In this document: in pieces, positions 15,296 through 23,383 of the stretch
Layout of the letters: every line of letters begins with the position of its first letter
Position numbering within the stretch: the stretch's first letter is position 1
Virus genome (UHGV): UHGV-0224535
Direction: 5' to 3' (one strand)
DNA: 31,938 nt
From: a virus
Program-made: the position numbers and the translations under genes
The notes under the pieces: model-generated
The model's input: the letters and a program-made list of their open reading frames with translations, nothing else
Databases searched by the model: none
Told to the model about the DNA's origin: nothing

Positions 15296-15682
15296 ATGGT
15301 CACTACAGAACAGGCGCGGGAATATATTGAAAGCCAGGGTATTGACCTGCCAGACGTTATCTTATCTTTGCTGGTGGAGCAGGCAAATAGCGTTAATGAA
15401 TGCCTTGATGCCAACTATCCGGCCTCCACTGCAACATTGATTCAGCTTTATCTGATTGGCCTGTTAGGACTAAGCCAGGCTGATAAATACGTTTCCTCGC
15501 AGACTGGTCCGAACGGTGCAAGCCAGTCTTACCGCTATGTCGATTTTAATAAGCGATGGAAGGCGGCCTATTCGTTGCTTTACTCACTGGACAAACACCA
15601 TTGTACAGCCGAACTAATTCCACCAGATCCAGAAAACACCGCGCACGCCGGGCTGTGGATTGGTAAGAGCAGGAGGATGTGA
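15296..15682 (+). CDS. head-tail connector / DNA-packaging adaptor (gp6-like) protein
   Basis: GGAG RBS then ATG 15296; the track ORF 15236 start would run through the terminator hairpin; position after the capsid gene. Confidence 0.55.
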   Translation: MVTTEQAREYIESQGIDLPDVILSLLVEQANSVNECLDANYPASTATLIQLYLIGLLGLSQADKYVSSQTGPNGASQSYRYVDFNKRWKAAYSLLYSLDKHHCTAELIPPDPENTAHAGLWIGKSRRM

Positions 15683-15684
15683 CA

Positions 15685-15870
15685 ATGTGGAACGACCTGA
15701 CATTACCAAATCCAGTATTGCCGAAACCATTTACCCGCGTGTGGGTTAAAACGGATAGCGGACGCCAGGTGGCGGCCTACCTCAATGATGCTGGCTTATG
15801 GGTAATTCTTTGCCCGCGCGTGGCGAAAACTCATCCAAAGGTCATTAGCTGGAGTTACGGCTATGAGTAA
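15685..15870 (+). CDS. hypothetical head-tail module protein (61 aa)
   Basis: AGGAGGA 7 nt before ATG 15685; overlaps the next gene start. Confidence 0.45.
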   Translation: MWNDLTLPNPVLPKPFTRVWVKTDSGRQVAAYLNDAGLWVILCPRVAKTHPKVISWSYGYE

Positions 15871-16231
15871 GATTGCGCGATTCAGTTACAAGGCATTAGC
15901 CACTATCTACCCCGTAACGCATGACGACTGGACAAACGCCGACGTATACGGCGCACCATACCTGATTAACTGCGCATGGGAGCGCACCGACGGCACTGCA
16001 ACAGACACAAACGGTAATGAGGTTAGCAATACAATAACCGTATTTACCGAACTGCTTCATAATATGCAGCCAGTGCAGCGCCCGAAAAACGGCTGGATGA
16101 TTGCCACTGGCGACACCACTAATATTTCCGACCCGCTGGTGGCTGGGGCCAACGTTATTACCGGGATCGTTGAATGGGATATGAGCATGTTTAACGACAC
16201 GCCGGATTATAAGATCGTGACAGGGGGTTAA
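15863..16231 (+). CDS. head closure / head-tail joining protein
   Basis: 122 aa; position between connector and tail genes. Confidence 0.5.
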   Translation: MSKIARFSYKALATIYPVTHDDWTNADVYGAPYLINCAWERTDGTATDTNGNEVSNTITVFTELLHNMQPVQRPKNGWMIATGDTTNISDPLVAGANVITGIVEWDMSMFNDTPDYKIVTGG

Positions 16232-16233
16232 TC

Positions 16234-16698
16234 ATGCCTATCAAGGGGGTTAAACGCGTCCGTGAGAGATTAAAGCAGGAGCTAAAGGAAATCACCGATA
16301 AAAAGACGCACGAAGTTTTATGGCGCGTCGGTATGCTGGCTGGTGGCTTCGCGGCTAATATGACGCCAGTCGATACGGGCTTCTTAATTAACAGTCAGTT
16401 CCAGTACATAGGGAACACGGCGGACGGTATGCAATTACGCCTGGGATATACGGCCCGCTACGCTGAATGGGTGCACAATATGCCGGGTACATTAAAAGGC
16501 CAGCCGCGCGAAGATTTCGGCAAAACGAATAACCTTTCAGATTTCGGACCGAAACAGGTAATTAGTTTTGGTGGTGGTACTGGAAAGGGTAATTATTGGG
16601 ATCCAAATGCGGAGCCTGGATTCTTGCGTAAGGCATTCGAAGATCCTAACCACGCCGATGATATTTATAAAGAAATTGTAGAAGGTTACAAAGCATGA
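16234..16698 (+). CDS. neck / tail component protein (HK97 gp10-like)
   Basis: 154 aa; position; overlapping stop and start with the next gene. Confidence 0.5.
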   Translation: MPIKGVKRVRERLKQELKEITDKKTHEVLWRVGMLAGGFAANMTPVDTGFLINSQFQYIGNTADGMQLRLGYTARYAEWVHNMPGTLKGQPREDFGKTNNLSDFGPKQVISFGGGTGKGNYWDPNAEPGFLRKAFEDPNHADDIYKEIVEGYKA

Positions 16699-17081
16699 AA
16701 CGCAGCGAAGTTTACGACGAAATAAGGGATTGGATTCAATCCCACGGATACGATGAAGGCTATATTTTGCAGGCCCGTTTCTGGAATGAGCGAAGTAATT
16801 CGAATAATGACAGATACATCGTGATCCAGCAAAACGGCGGCGCGGCTGGTGAGGAAGCAATAACCCGTGATTATTTCCGCATCCTGGTTATTTCAGCGCG
16901 TAATGATGCAAATATCAGTGAGGTGGAAGACCTTGCCGATGCCATCCGTCAAAGTATGTTAACAGAATATAAAACTGATAAAATTACACACATGAAGCCA
17001 GTTGGCGCTATTCCTGCAATACAGACAAGAGAAGGGCGCTTTATTTTTACCGTAGCCTTTCAAACCATCATATCAAGATAA
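16695..17081 (+). CDS. tail completion / tail terminator-like protein
   Basis: 128 aa immediately upstream of the major tail protein. Confidence 0.5.
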   Translation: MKRSEVYDEIRDWIQSHGYDEGYILQARFWNERSNSNNDRYIVIQQNGGAAGEEAITRDYFRILVISARNDANISEVEDLADAIRQSMLTEYKTDKITHMKPVGAIPAIQTREGRFIFTVAFQTIISR

Positions 17082-17094
17082 GAGGTAAATTAAC

Positions 17095-17571
17095 ATGTCT
17101 CAGACTTGCGAAAAAGGCACGTTTTCAGGCCGTGACGTTGCTGTATTCTTCGCTATCGCTTGTCCAAATGCGAAGCCGGAAACTGGAGCGTACAAAGCGT
17201 TAGGCATGATGCGTGGTAAAACACTTTCCGTTGAATGGGAAACCGCTGACGCCACCGCCGATAAATCAGCCGATTACACGAAAGAATCAATGGTTACTTA
17301 CAAATCCGTTTCTTTCTCCGGCGACGGTGTGTCCCGCACTGAAGAAATCCATAATCAGAAAGCGCTGAAACGCCACGTAATTACGCCAGGTGAAACCACC
17401 GGATCACAACCTTATGTATGGCTGAAGATCGTTTCTCCTGTAGACGTAACTGAAGGCCCATTCCTTTGCACTTCCTTTAAAGAAGAAGATCCGTATGATG
17501 ATGTTTCCACCTGGTCTATTGAGTGCGAAAGCGCTGGCAAGGTAACGGTAGGCGACGTTCCGCCAGCATAA
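17095..17571 (+). CDS. major tail protein
   Basis: 158 aa, strong RBS (GAGGTAAATTAACATG), followed by a strong terminator. Confidence 0.7.
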   Translation: MSQTCEKGTFSGRDVAVFFAIACPNAKPETGAYKALGMMRGKTLSVEWETADATADKSADYTKESMVTYKSVSFSGDGVSRTEEIHNQKALKRHVITPGETTGSQPYVWLKIVSPVDVTEGPFLCTSFKEEDPYDDVSTWSIECESAGKVTVGDVPPA

Positions 17572-17589
17572 CAGCCAATATTAACAATC

Positions 17590-17614
17590 GGGGCCATTTG
17601 GCCCCTTTTCTTTT
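17590..17614 (+). terminator. rho-independent terminator (GGGGCC-ATTT-GGCCCC followed by TTTTCTTTT)
   Basis: Read directly after the major tail gene. Confidence 0.7.
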
Positions 17615-17626
17615 AAGGTGAATACT

Positions 17627-18304
17627 ATGATCCATGTTCGTACAGGGCAATTTGCGGCTGTGGTGAACGGTAAGCGCTATGAGTTTAATCCTTGCTTTGC
17701 TGCGATGGCTAAAATCGGCAACGATAGTGAGCTTGTCGAATATTTCGCACTTATCCACGGCAGCAAATACCCTTCACGATTACCTACAGATCCAGACCTC
17801 CGCAAACGCATTATGGCACGGTGTTATGGTGAGATAGTGCAAACGTCAATGCGCATCCTGAAATGTTGCTCAGACGACGAAACAGGCCCGTTATTGGGCA
17901 AATGTAGGTTTACTCCTTCTGGTAAATTGAGACTAAAACCCGGACTGATGCCTACAAGTGATGTTATCACGCTGGCGCAACATTGCATGTACCACGGTTT
18001 AATTGGTGACGGGCCGGAAGAAGACACGGGCGCGATCCAGGAAGGCGAGTACAAGCCGACATTTGACGTACTTGAGTTTGTTTATTCTGCCGTTGCTCAC
18101 CTGGGATTGTCAGAATCAGAAGCATGGAATATGACAATGACCGGATACAGGGCCGCAGTGCGCGCTAAAACGCCGCCAGACGAAAGAAATGAAAGAAGTA
18201 GACCAAATGTTCACATAAATAAACGTGCTTATGACGAGCAAATGGAGGCCGCTAAAAAGGCACTGGAAAGAATGAAAAATAGCAAGCAAGAAAAAGCCCG
18301 GTAG
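17627..18304 (+). CDS. putative tail assembly chaperone (position of lambda G/GT)
   Basis: AGGTGA 6 nt before ATG 17627; sits between the major tail protein and the tape measure gene; no frameshift extension found. Confidence 0.5.
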   Translation: MIHVRTGQFAAVVNGKRYEFNPCFAAMAKIGNDSELVEYFALIHGSKYPSRLPTDPDLRKRIMARCYGEIVQTSMRILKCCSDDETGPLLGKCRFTPSGKLRLKPGLMPTSDVITLAQHCMYHGLIGDGPEEDTGAIQEGEYKPTFDVLEFVYSAVAHLGLSESEAWNMTMTGYRAAVRAKTPPDERNERSRPNVHINKRAYDEQMEAAKKALERMKNSKQEKAR

Positions 18305-18315
18305 ATCCGGGCGTT
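18291..18315. terminator. bidirectional hairpin (GCCCGG-TAGAT-CCGGGC) flanked by A5 on + and so T5 on -
   Basis: Overlaps the + gene stop (TAG in the loop); on the minus strand it is followed by a T-run, so it probably terminates the 18320..18733 gene. Confidence 0.5.
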
Positions 18316-18319
18316 CATC

Positions 18320-18733
18320 TTATTTGATTCTAATAATATCAATAAACCCGTTACCCAAATCTACAATTGCGTAATTTTTTGCGCCCGCGCCGCCTTCATT
18401 AAAAATTCTTTCCGCGAAAGCAACTTTATTTGCCTTGCACTCGTTTGCTATCCTGTTTTTTATTTCGCTATTATTTTCAAAGACTACGCCTACAGCAGCC
18501 TCGTTTACAAGGCCATAATTAAACCAGCGAGCATAAACTGGTTTACCTTCAAATTTTTTATCAATTGCCTTAAAAAGAATTGCTGGCGCGGCTGGTTCTT
18601 TTTTGATCATGTCGTGATATGCTGCTACATGGTTTGCCACTTCTTCACAGTTAATGCTTATGGCCTCGTTAGCGTTCGCGTTAAATGCGAGTGCGGCAAT
18701 CACAGTAAGTGCCATTTTTGCTAACCGTTTCAT
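18320..18733 (-). CDS. secreted protein of unknown function (signal peptide MKRLAKMALTVIAALAFNANA), opposite-strand insert in the tail module
   Basis: AGGAG 6 nt before ATG 18733; typical Sec signal with an ANA cleavage site; AT-rich relative to its neighbours. Confidence 0.7.
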   Translation of the reverse strand: MKRLAKMALTVIAALAFNANANEAISINCEEVANHVAAYHDMIKKEPAAPAILFKAIDKKFEGKPVYARWFNYGLVNEAAVGVVFENNSEIKNRIANECKANKVAFAERIFNEGGAGAKNYAIVDLGNGFIDIIRIK

Positions 18734-18961
18734 AATCAACTCCTACCGCTTATTATGATTTGCTAAATTCTTCCTTTAACTTATTTATACACGCATATTG
18801 TTTATTTTTTAAGTGCTTTTAACATTTCTTCGATGAAATCCGCATAGCGTTCATGTTCGTTGGGGCGGTAGTTTGCGTTTTTCATTTTCTTGTCCCCTTT
18901 TGCTTCCTCCGGTTAATCCGGCCTTTTAAATCCATTTGCTCTATCCCTTCCCTTTAGCTTC

Positions 18962-19010
18962 TTTATACAAAATGTATTCGTTGAAATGAAGCCATTTTGT
19001 ATAAAATAGA
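18962..19010 (+). promoter_or_regulatory. candidate promoter for the tape-measure operon with inverted repeat ATACAAAATG / CATTTTGTAT and a TTGAAA / TAAAAT pair
   Basis: Read directly in the 300-nt divergent intergenic region. Confidence 0.4.
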
Positions 19011-19042
19011 GGCATACATCACATTCTGCATGAGGTTAAATC

Positions 19043-21382
19043 ATGGCTACCAGTGTAGGTACAATTTATTACGAAGTTGATGCGAAAACTGGTCAACTTC
19101 TCGTTGCACAACGACAGGCAGACCAGGCCTTTGATCGTATAGAGCGCGGCGCAAAACAGGCTGACCGCCAGGTAAACACCCTGAAAACATCCATCAAGGC
19201 ACTGACCAGGGTTATCCATTTGCTAATTGCTGCCGAGGCTGTGCGCCAATTTATGGATATGGCGGAGCAAGCAAAAATGCTTCGCGTAAAAATCAAAATG
19301 CTTACGGGCGATGCAGAGTCCGCCGGACGGGTTTTTGACGGCCTGAAAGCAATATCCAGGGAGACGGGTCAGAGCCTGAAGGATACTGGCGAACTATGGC
19401 AAGGCCTGGCTATCTCACTGAAGAACACGTCAGCTACCGAAGGTCAATTACTTAACCTTGTCGGCACTATTCAGAAAATGGGGGCGTTAGGCGGTGCGTC
19501 AGCAGAGCAAATGTCAAACTCTATGCGCCAGTTCCGCCAGTCTATAGACGGCGGCGTGCTGCGTGCTGAAGAATTTAACAGCCTACTTGAAAACACCCCG
19601 ACCATCGTACAAACAATGGCCCGCCATATGGGATTATCAATGGGCCAGTTCCGCGCCGAAATGCTGGACGGTAAGATCACGGCAGAAAGGATGGTTAACG
19701 CAATCCAGGCGGCTACGCAGGAAACAAACGAGAAGTTTGCGCAGTTGCCGCGCACATCCGGCACGGCTATCAATGAACTAAAAGTCGAGGTAATGGGTCT
19801 GGTGGAACAACTGGACGATCTTTTCGGTGTATCAGATGGCGTAGTCTCAGCTATCGACTTGATCACAAAAGGAGTTAATGGGCTAGGTGAGGGCGCTAAA
19901 TTCGCTAAAACCTGCTTTGATACGCTCAAAACGGCTGGTAGCGAATTCATCGACATGTTTGATGATGTGGCTGTGAAGGCTGGCGAGGTGGCAGAGAAGA
20001 TCATCGCAATGGTGACGCCAATCAAGGCGCTAATGGATGGCTATAAATGGATGAAAGAGATTGTCGATGAACGCAAGGAAGAACTAAACAGCAACAACGA
20101 GAAAAAATTTGGCCCTACCATCGGTAAATTCATGACGTTTAAAAACGACATTGAAAAGGCGACCGCCGCTTATGACGAGCTTATGCAGAAACAGGCAGAA
20201 GCCAACGACGGAGCTATTACCGGATTCGATAAGCCAGTTGATAAGCCGAAAAAACAGAAAAAAGAGAAGAAATCGGAAGCTGATCGGCTTGGAGACAAGG
20301 GCATAAGCGTTTCTGATCAGTACAACAAAGACGCCGCCGCCATGCGCAAAGCGTTAGAGAACGGCAAGGCCATTGATGCTGCGTTCGCCCAGGGTAAAAT
20401 CACACTCCTTGAGTACCGCGCCGCGCAAAAAGGGATCGGCAAGGAACTGAAAGAAGAATTAGCGCAGATCCCGGTAGATGAATTGCGTGATAAATGGTCG
20501 CAAATAGTTAGCCCAATGGACCAGCTAAAAGGCGAAGTTGACCCTATCCAGCAGGCGCAAAATGAATGGGCCGTCCGTAAGCAAATGCTTATCGACCTGG
20601 GCGCTACAGAAGCACAACAGAAACAGGAATTATTAGCCTATGAGCAGCAGATCCGCGATCTGAAGTGGGAACAGTGGCAGGCGCAAAGCCAGACAAACGG
20701 CCTGATCGGTGATTGCGTTAATGGCCTTAAAGGTGGCATGAGCAATGCGCTTGTTGGCCTGCTTAACGGTACTCAATCATTGAGCGATGTTTTTGCTAAC
20801 TTAGGCAGCAATATACTTGGGAATATCGGTAACAGACTTTCGGACATAGCTGCCAACTGGATAGCAGATCAAATCATGATGGAGACACAAAGCAAAGCCA
20901 CGCAGGCCAGCACAACGGCAAGCGCGGTTGCCGCTCAGGGAAGCATTGCGGCGGCGGCGGCCCCGGCGGCGGCAGCGACAGCGGCATCAACTGGCGGTAG
21001 CTGGGCGGCGGCTGGCTCGGCGGCGCTTACTGCGATCATGTCGCTGGCAACATCCATTTTCGGCGGCGGGCGCTTTAATGGTGGTAGCGTAATTGGTGGC
21101 AATATGTACCGCGTCGGGGAACATAACAGGCCGGAGCTATTCCAGACGTCTAACGGCAACCAATACATGATCCCCGGCGAGAATGGCAGGGTTATCCCGG
21201 GCCGTGATATTGGCGGCGGCGGCGGTATCAGTATGCCTGTTTACATCGACATTCAAACCACAAACGGATTTAGTGACGAAGACAGCCGCAGACTTGAACA
21301 GACAATGGAACGTGTAGCCATGAAAATGATAACAAGGGAATCGCAAAGACCTGGCGGGATGTTGCAACCGCGCCGCAAATAA
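19043..21382 (+). CDS. tail tape measure protein
   Basis: 779 aa, largely helical, with a Gly/Ala-rich segment; position between chaperone and minor tail genes. Confidence 0.9.
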   Translation: MATSVGTIYYEVDAKTGQLLVAQRQADQAFDRIERGAKQADRQVNTLKTSIKALTRVIHLLIAAEAVRQFMDMAEQAKMLRVKIKMLTGDAESAGRVFDGLKAISRETGQSLKDTGELWQGLAISLKNTSATEGQLLNLVGTIQKMGALGGASAEQMSNSMRQFRQSIDGGVLRAEEFNSLLENTPTIVQTMARHMGLSMGQFRAEMLDGKITAERMVNAIQAATQETNEKFAQLPRTSGTAINELKVEVMGLVEQLDDLFGVSDGVVSAIDLITKGVNGLGEGAKFAKTCFDTLKTAGSEFIDMFDDVAVKAGEVAEKIIAMVTPIKALMDGYKWMKEIVDERKEELNSNNEKKFGPTIGKFMTFKNDIEKATAAYDELMQKQAEANDGAITGFDKPVDKPKKQKKEKKSEADRLGDKGISVSDQYNKDAAAMRKALENGKAIDAAFAQGKITLLEYRAAQKGIGKELKEELAQIPVDELRDKWSQIVSPMDQLKGEVDPIQQAQNEWAVRKQMLIDLGATEAQQKQELLAYEQQIRDLKWEQWQAQSQTNGLIGDCVNGLKGGMSNALVGLLNGTQSLSDVFANLGSNILGNIGNRLSDIAANWIADQIMMETQSKATQASTTASAVAAQGSIAAAAAPAAAATAASTGGSWAAAGSAALTAIMSLATSIFGGGRFNGGSVIGGNMYRVGEHNRPELFQTSNGNQYMIPGENGRVIPGRDIGGGGGISMPVYIDIQTTNGFSDEDSRRLEQTMERVAMKMITRESQRPGGMLQPRRK

Positions 21383-21386
21383 CACT

Positions 21387-21413
21387 AAGGCCGCTATAAG
21401 CGGCCTTTATTTT
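21387..21413 (+). terminator. rho-independent terminator (AAGGCCGC-TATAA-GCGGCCTT followed by TATTTT)
   Basis: Read directly, 5 nt after the tape measure stop. Confidence 0.65.
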
Positions 21414-21519
21414 ACATGGTAAGGATATAAATTAAACAGCACAGGAATGCGGGCGCGGCGAAGTCGCAAACGCTAGCCATATTCCATGCTTTTGGTAAAA
21501 AACCACCATACCACGGCAT
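21412..21519 (-). CDS. possible small hydrophobic protein (35 aa from an internal ATG)
   Basis: GGAGGG RBS before the ATG; C-terminal half is hydrophobic (FAAPAFLCCLIYILTM); weak. Confidence 0.25.
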   Translation of the reverse strand: MPWYGGFLPKAWNMASVCDFAAPAFLCCLIYILTM

Positions 21520-21562
21520 TCTTTCTCGTTTCCCTCCGCAAAATTCCGCTATGTAACGATAT

Positions 21563-21697
21563 TCAGCCTGTGTGTTCCCGCGCAAAAAAGAATGTACATC
21601 CAATCAGGCCGCCAGTGAGATAATCGCCAGTAAGCAGGCCGATAACAACCTGTATAGTCGCCGCAGCCAGTGCGTGACCAATAACGGTTAAATCCAT
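21563..21697 (-). CDS. small membrane protein (44 aa, one TM helix)
   Basis: GGGAGG 7 nt before the ATG; MDLTVIGHALAAATIQVVIGLLTGDYLTGGLIG...; start is 2 nt after the upstream gene stop. Confidence 0.4.
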   Translation of the reverse strand: MDLTVIGHALAAATIQVVIGLLTGDYLTGGLIGCTFFFAREHTG

Positions 21698-21699
21698 CG

Positions 21700-21885
21700 T
21701 TAATCCTCCCGATCGTTCTCAAATGTGCCATCTACAAATTTTTGCAGCCCGGCGATAAGTTGTGTTGCCTGCGATTTTTCAATCACTATGGTTTCAGTCC
21801 CCATAAGTTCGGTTATCCACAGCCGACCATCCTCATCAAGATCTAACCTAACTCCGTAACATAACTCTGTTTCGTCAATAATCAT
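21700..21885 (-). CDS. hypothetical acidic protein (61 aa)
   Basis: Strong RBS AGGAGG; track ORF. Confidence 0.6.
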   Translation of the reverse strand: MIIDETELCYGVRLDLDEDGRLWITELMGTETIVIEKSQATQLIAGLQKFVDGTFENDRED

Positions 21886-21994
21886 TTTTCCTCCTATAAT
21901 CTTCCGTTACGTGCGACGTAACCCCTGCCGAACATCACTAACCAGATGTTCCAGATCTCCCGCTAGGTATATTTCTCCTCCTCCATATTCCACC

Positions 21995-22249
21995 TCACTT
22001 ATGAGCGCCTTTCACTCCGCAATGACGGTTGTATTCCAGGTGATCGATAATTAACCAAATATTCAAATCTTCACTGAACAGCCGCCAGTCAGGATTGATA
22101 TCGAATTTAAAGCCATAACCATCACGTAATTTTTTGGGGCGGGCTTCTTTTTTCAGGAAGGCGTTAAGCAACTTCTTGCCTTTCTTGATTACCCGTTCCT
22201 GTGCATTCTTTTGTGCTTTCAGGTTTTTTTCGATAGTTACCAGTTTCAT
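21995..22249 (-). CDS. hypothetical basic protein (84 aa)
   Basis: Track ORF; GGGTGAG RBS; Lys-rich N-terminus (KKGKKLLNAFLKKEARPKKLR). Confidence 0.55.
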   Translation of the reverse strand: MKLVTIEKNLKAQKNAQERVIKKGKKLLNAFLKKEARPKKLRDGYGFKFDINPDWRLFSEDLNIWLIIDHLEYNRHCGVKGAHK

Positions 22250-22266
22250 AACTCACCCCATCGTCC

Positions 22267-22422
22267 TTAGTTAAGCGCCCTCAGGAAGAAATCCCGGTAT
22301 TCATCATCCTTCGCGTTCATCATGAATTGACCGTATTTGAATGCGTCGTCGAAACCCTTAACAATTGCTACTTCCACTTGCTCGAATGCGTTGTTTAGCA
22401 TCACTACTACATAGCTACTCAT
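22267..22422 (-). CDS. hypothetical small protein (51 aa)
   Basis: GTGAGG RBS before the ATG; MSSYVVVMLNNAFEQVEVAIVKGFDDAFKYGQFMMNAKDDEYRDFFLRALN*; first gene of the minus-strand island. Confidence 0.45.
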   Translation of the reverse strand: MSSYVVVMLNNAFEQVEVAIVKGFDDAFKYGQFMMNAKDDEYRDFFLRALN

Positions 22423-22535
22423 TTTTGGGCCTCACTTGCTGGTACCGCTTTTCTTCTTGCTTCCTGTATACAGCTTGTTGCTTCATGTGTGAATCCATAT
22501 TGTAAACTAGCTATAATTCTTGTGATGAATATCTC

Positions 22536-22560
22536 ATTTTTCGCGTAGAAGCGCGTAAAG
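22536..22560 (+). promoter_or_regulatory. conserved 25-nt motif ATTTTTCGCGTAGAAGCGCGTAAAG (copy 2), upstream of the gpM-like gene; TATAAT-like element at 22513-22518
   Basis: Matches 10099-10123 at 21 of 25 positions; followed by TACAAAATGTAAC. Confidence 0.45.
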
Positions 22561-22592
22561 ATATATACAAAATGTAACTTACAGGAGGGGGT

Positions 22593-22946
22593 ATGCCGGA
22601 AGTGTTCAGATGGACACCACAGAGAAGCTACAGCGTAAACAGTGAGCCTAACGTGTCCGTTATCAAGCTGGGCGATGGCTATGAACAGCGCCAGACAAAA
22701 GGGATTAATCCACTACTTGACAGCTATACGCTGGTCTTTAAAGGTACGAGCGCCGGATGCGGTGACGCCGGAAACGTGGCGCTCCAGGTTGACGCATTTT
22801 TAAGAGCACGTTGCGCGGTCGAGGCGTTTTACTGGACGCCATCTACAGACGGAGTGAAAAGGCTTTTTGTATGCCGAAAGTGGAGCATGGCGAAAGACGG
22901 CCCGGTATGCACTCTGAATGCAACGTTTGAACAAGTTATCAATTAA
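22593..22946 (+). CDS. minor tail protein, lambda gpM-like
   Basis: 117 aa; ...KLGDGYEQRQ... and C-terminal FEQVIN resemble lambda M (remembered FEQVVN); sits upstream of the L/K/I/J set. Confidence 0.75.
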   Translation: MPEVFRWTPQRSYSVNSEPNVSVIKLGDGYEQRQTKGINPLLDSYTLVFKGTSAGCGDAGNVALQVDAFLRARCAVEAFYWTPSTDGVKRLFVCRKWSMAKDGPVCTLNATFEQVIN

Positions 22947-22959
22947 TGGAGAAGTCAAT

Positions 22960-23145
22960 ATGTATGCTATTTGTGTAGTTGACCGCACGGGCGCTTTTAC
23001 ATTATTTGACGACTATGAAATCAAAGATCTTACCGTAAAGGCTGACAATGGCGAGATCTGGTATCTTCATGACGTTGGTGACGGGTATGTCGGATGCAGA
23101 TCGAGAGAGGGTAGGGAAGTTTTATTCTTGCTTGATGGCGTATAA
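22960..23145 (+). CDS. hypothetical small protein (61 aa) between gpM-like and the minus-strand island
   Basis: GGAG RBS then ATG 22960; followed by a strong terminator. Confidence 0.45.
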   Translation: MYAICVVDRTGAFTLFDDYEIKDLTVKADNGEIWYLHDVGDGYVGCRSREGREVLFLLDGV

Positions 23146-23151
23146 ACACTA

Positions 23152-23179
23152 CCCCGCGCGAAGCGGGGTTATTATTATT
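23152..23179 (+). terminator. rho-independent terminator (CCCCGC-GCGAA-GCGGGG followed by TTATTATTATT)
   Basis: Read directly. Confidence 0.65.
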
Positions 23180-23291
23180 CCATTTCCATTAACGCTATAT
23201 TTTCCGCTATCGTTTTCCAGTCCAGATCTACAGCATGAACACCAAATACTATCAATCCCATTGCGATTAGTGCTAAAACTTCGATTTTCAT
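23175..23291 (-). CDS. small hydrophobic or secreted peptide (38 aa, MKIEVLALIAMGLIVFGVHAVDLDWKTIAENIALMEME)
   Basis: GTGAGG RBS; hydrophobic N-terminus. Confidence 0.35.
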   Translation of the reverse strand: MKIEVLALIAMGLIVFGVHAVDLDWKTIAENIALMEME

Positions 23292-23383
23292 AATCAACCT
23301 CACTTAATTAAGAAAGGCATAAACGATGACAATCGCGCCAGCCACTACCAAAACGTTTTCGATTACTTCGTCCACTCTATTCA

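Noticed and set aside
12038-15414. Antisense and alternative-frame ORFs within the scaffold, decoration and capsid genes (12038, 12721, 13255, 13702, 13829, 14145, 14282, 14643, 14732, 15178)
   Set aside because: Overlap well-supported genes; low-complexity products.
17627-18304. Programmed -1 frameshift (G/GT-type) in the tail assembly chaperone
   Set aside because: No downstream or overlapping + strand frame extends the protein; the next + strand gene is 740 nt away across an opposite-strand gene. A canonical G-T extension is not supported, though a slippery site was not searched for exhaustively.
19471-21385. Antisense ORFs within the tape measure gene (19093, 19471, 19563, 20935, 21137)
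   Set aside because: Mirror frames of a long Ala/Gly-rich gene; no RBS.
21549-21731. Track ORF (60 aa, minus strand) in island 1
   Set aside because: Overlaps two better-supported frames that have strong RBSs; product is Arg/Trp/Cys-rich.
23048-23293. + strand ORF running through the terminator at 23152-23179
   Set aside because: Spans a strong terminator and overlaps a minus-strand peptide gene; no RBS.
23306-23383. 25-aa hydrophobic minus-strand ORF (MNRVDEVIENVLVVAGAIVIVYAFLN)
   Set aside because: Plausible micro-protein but too short and with only a weak RBS; mentioned for completeness.
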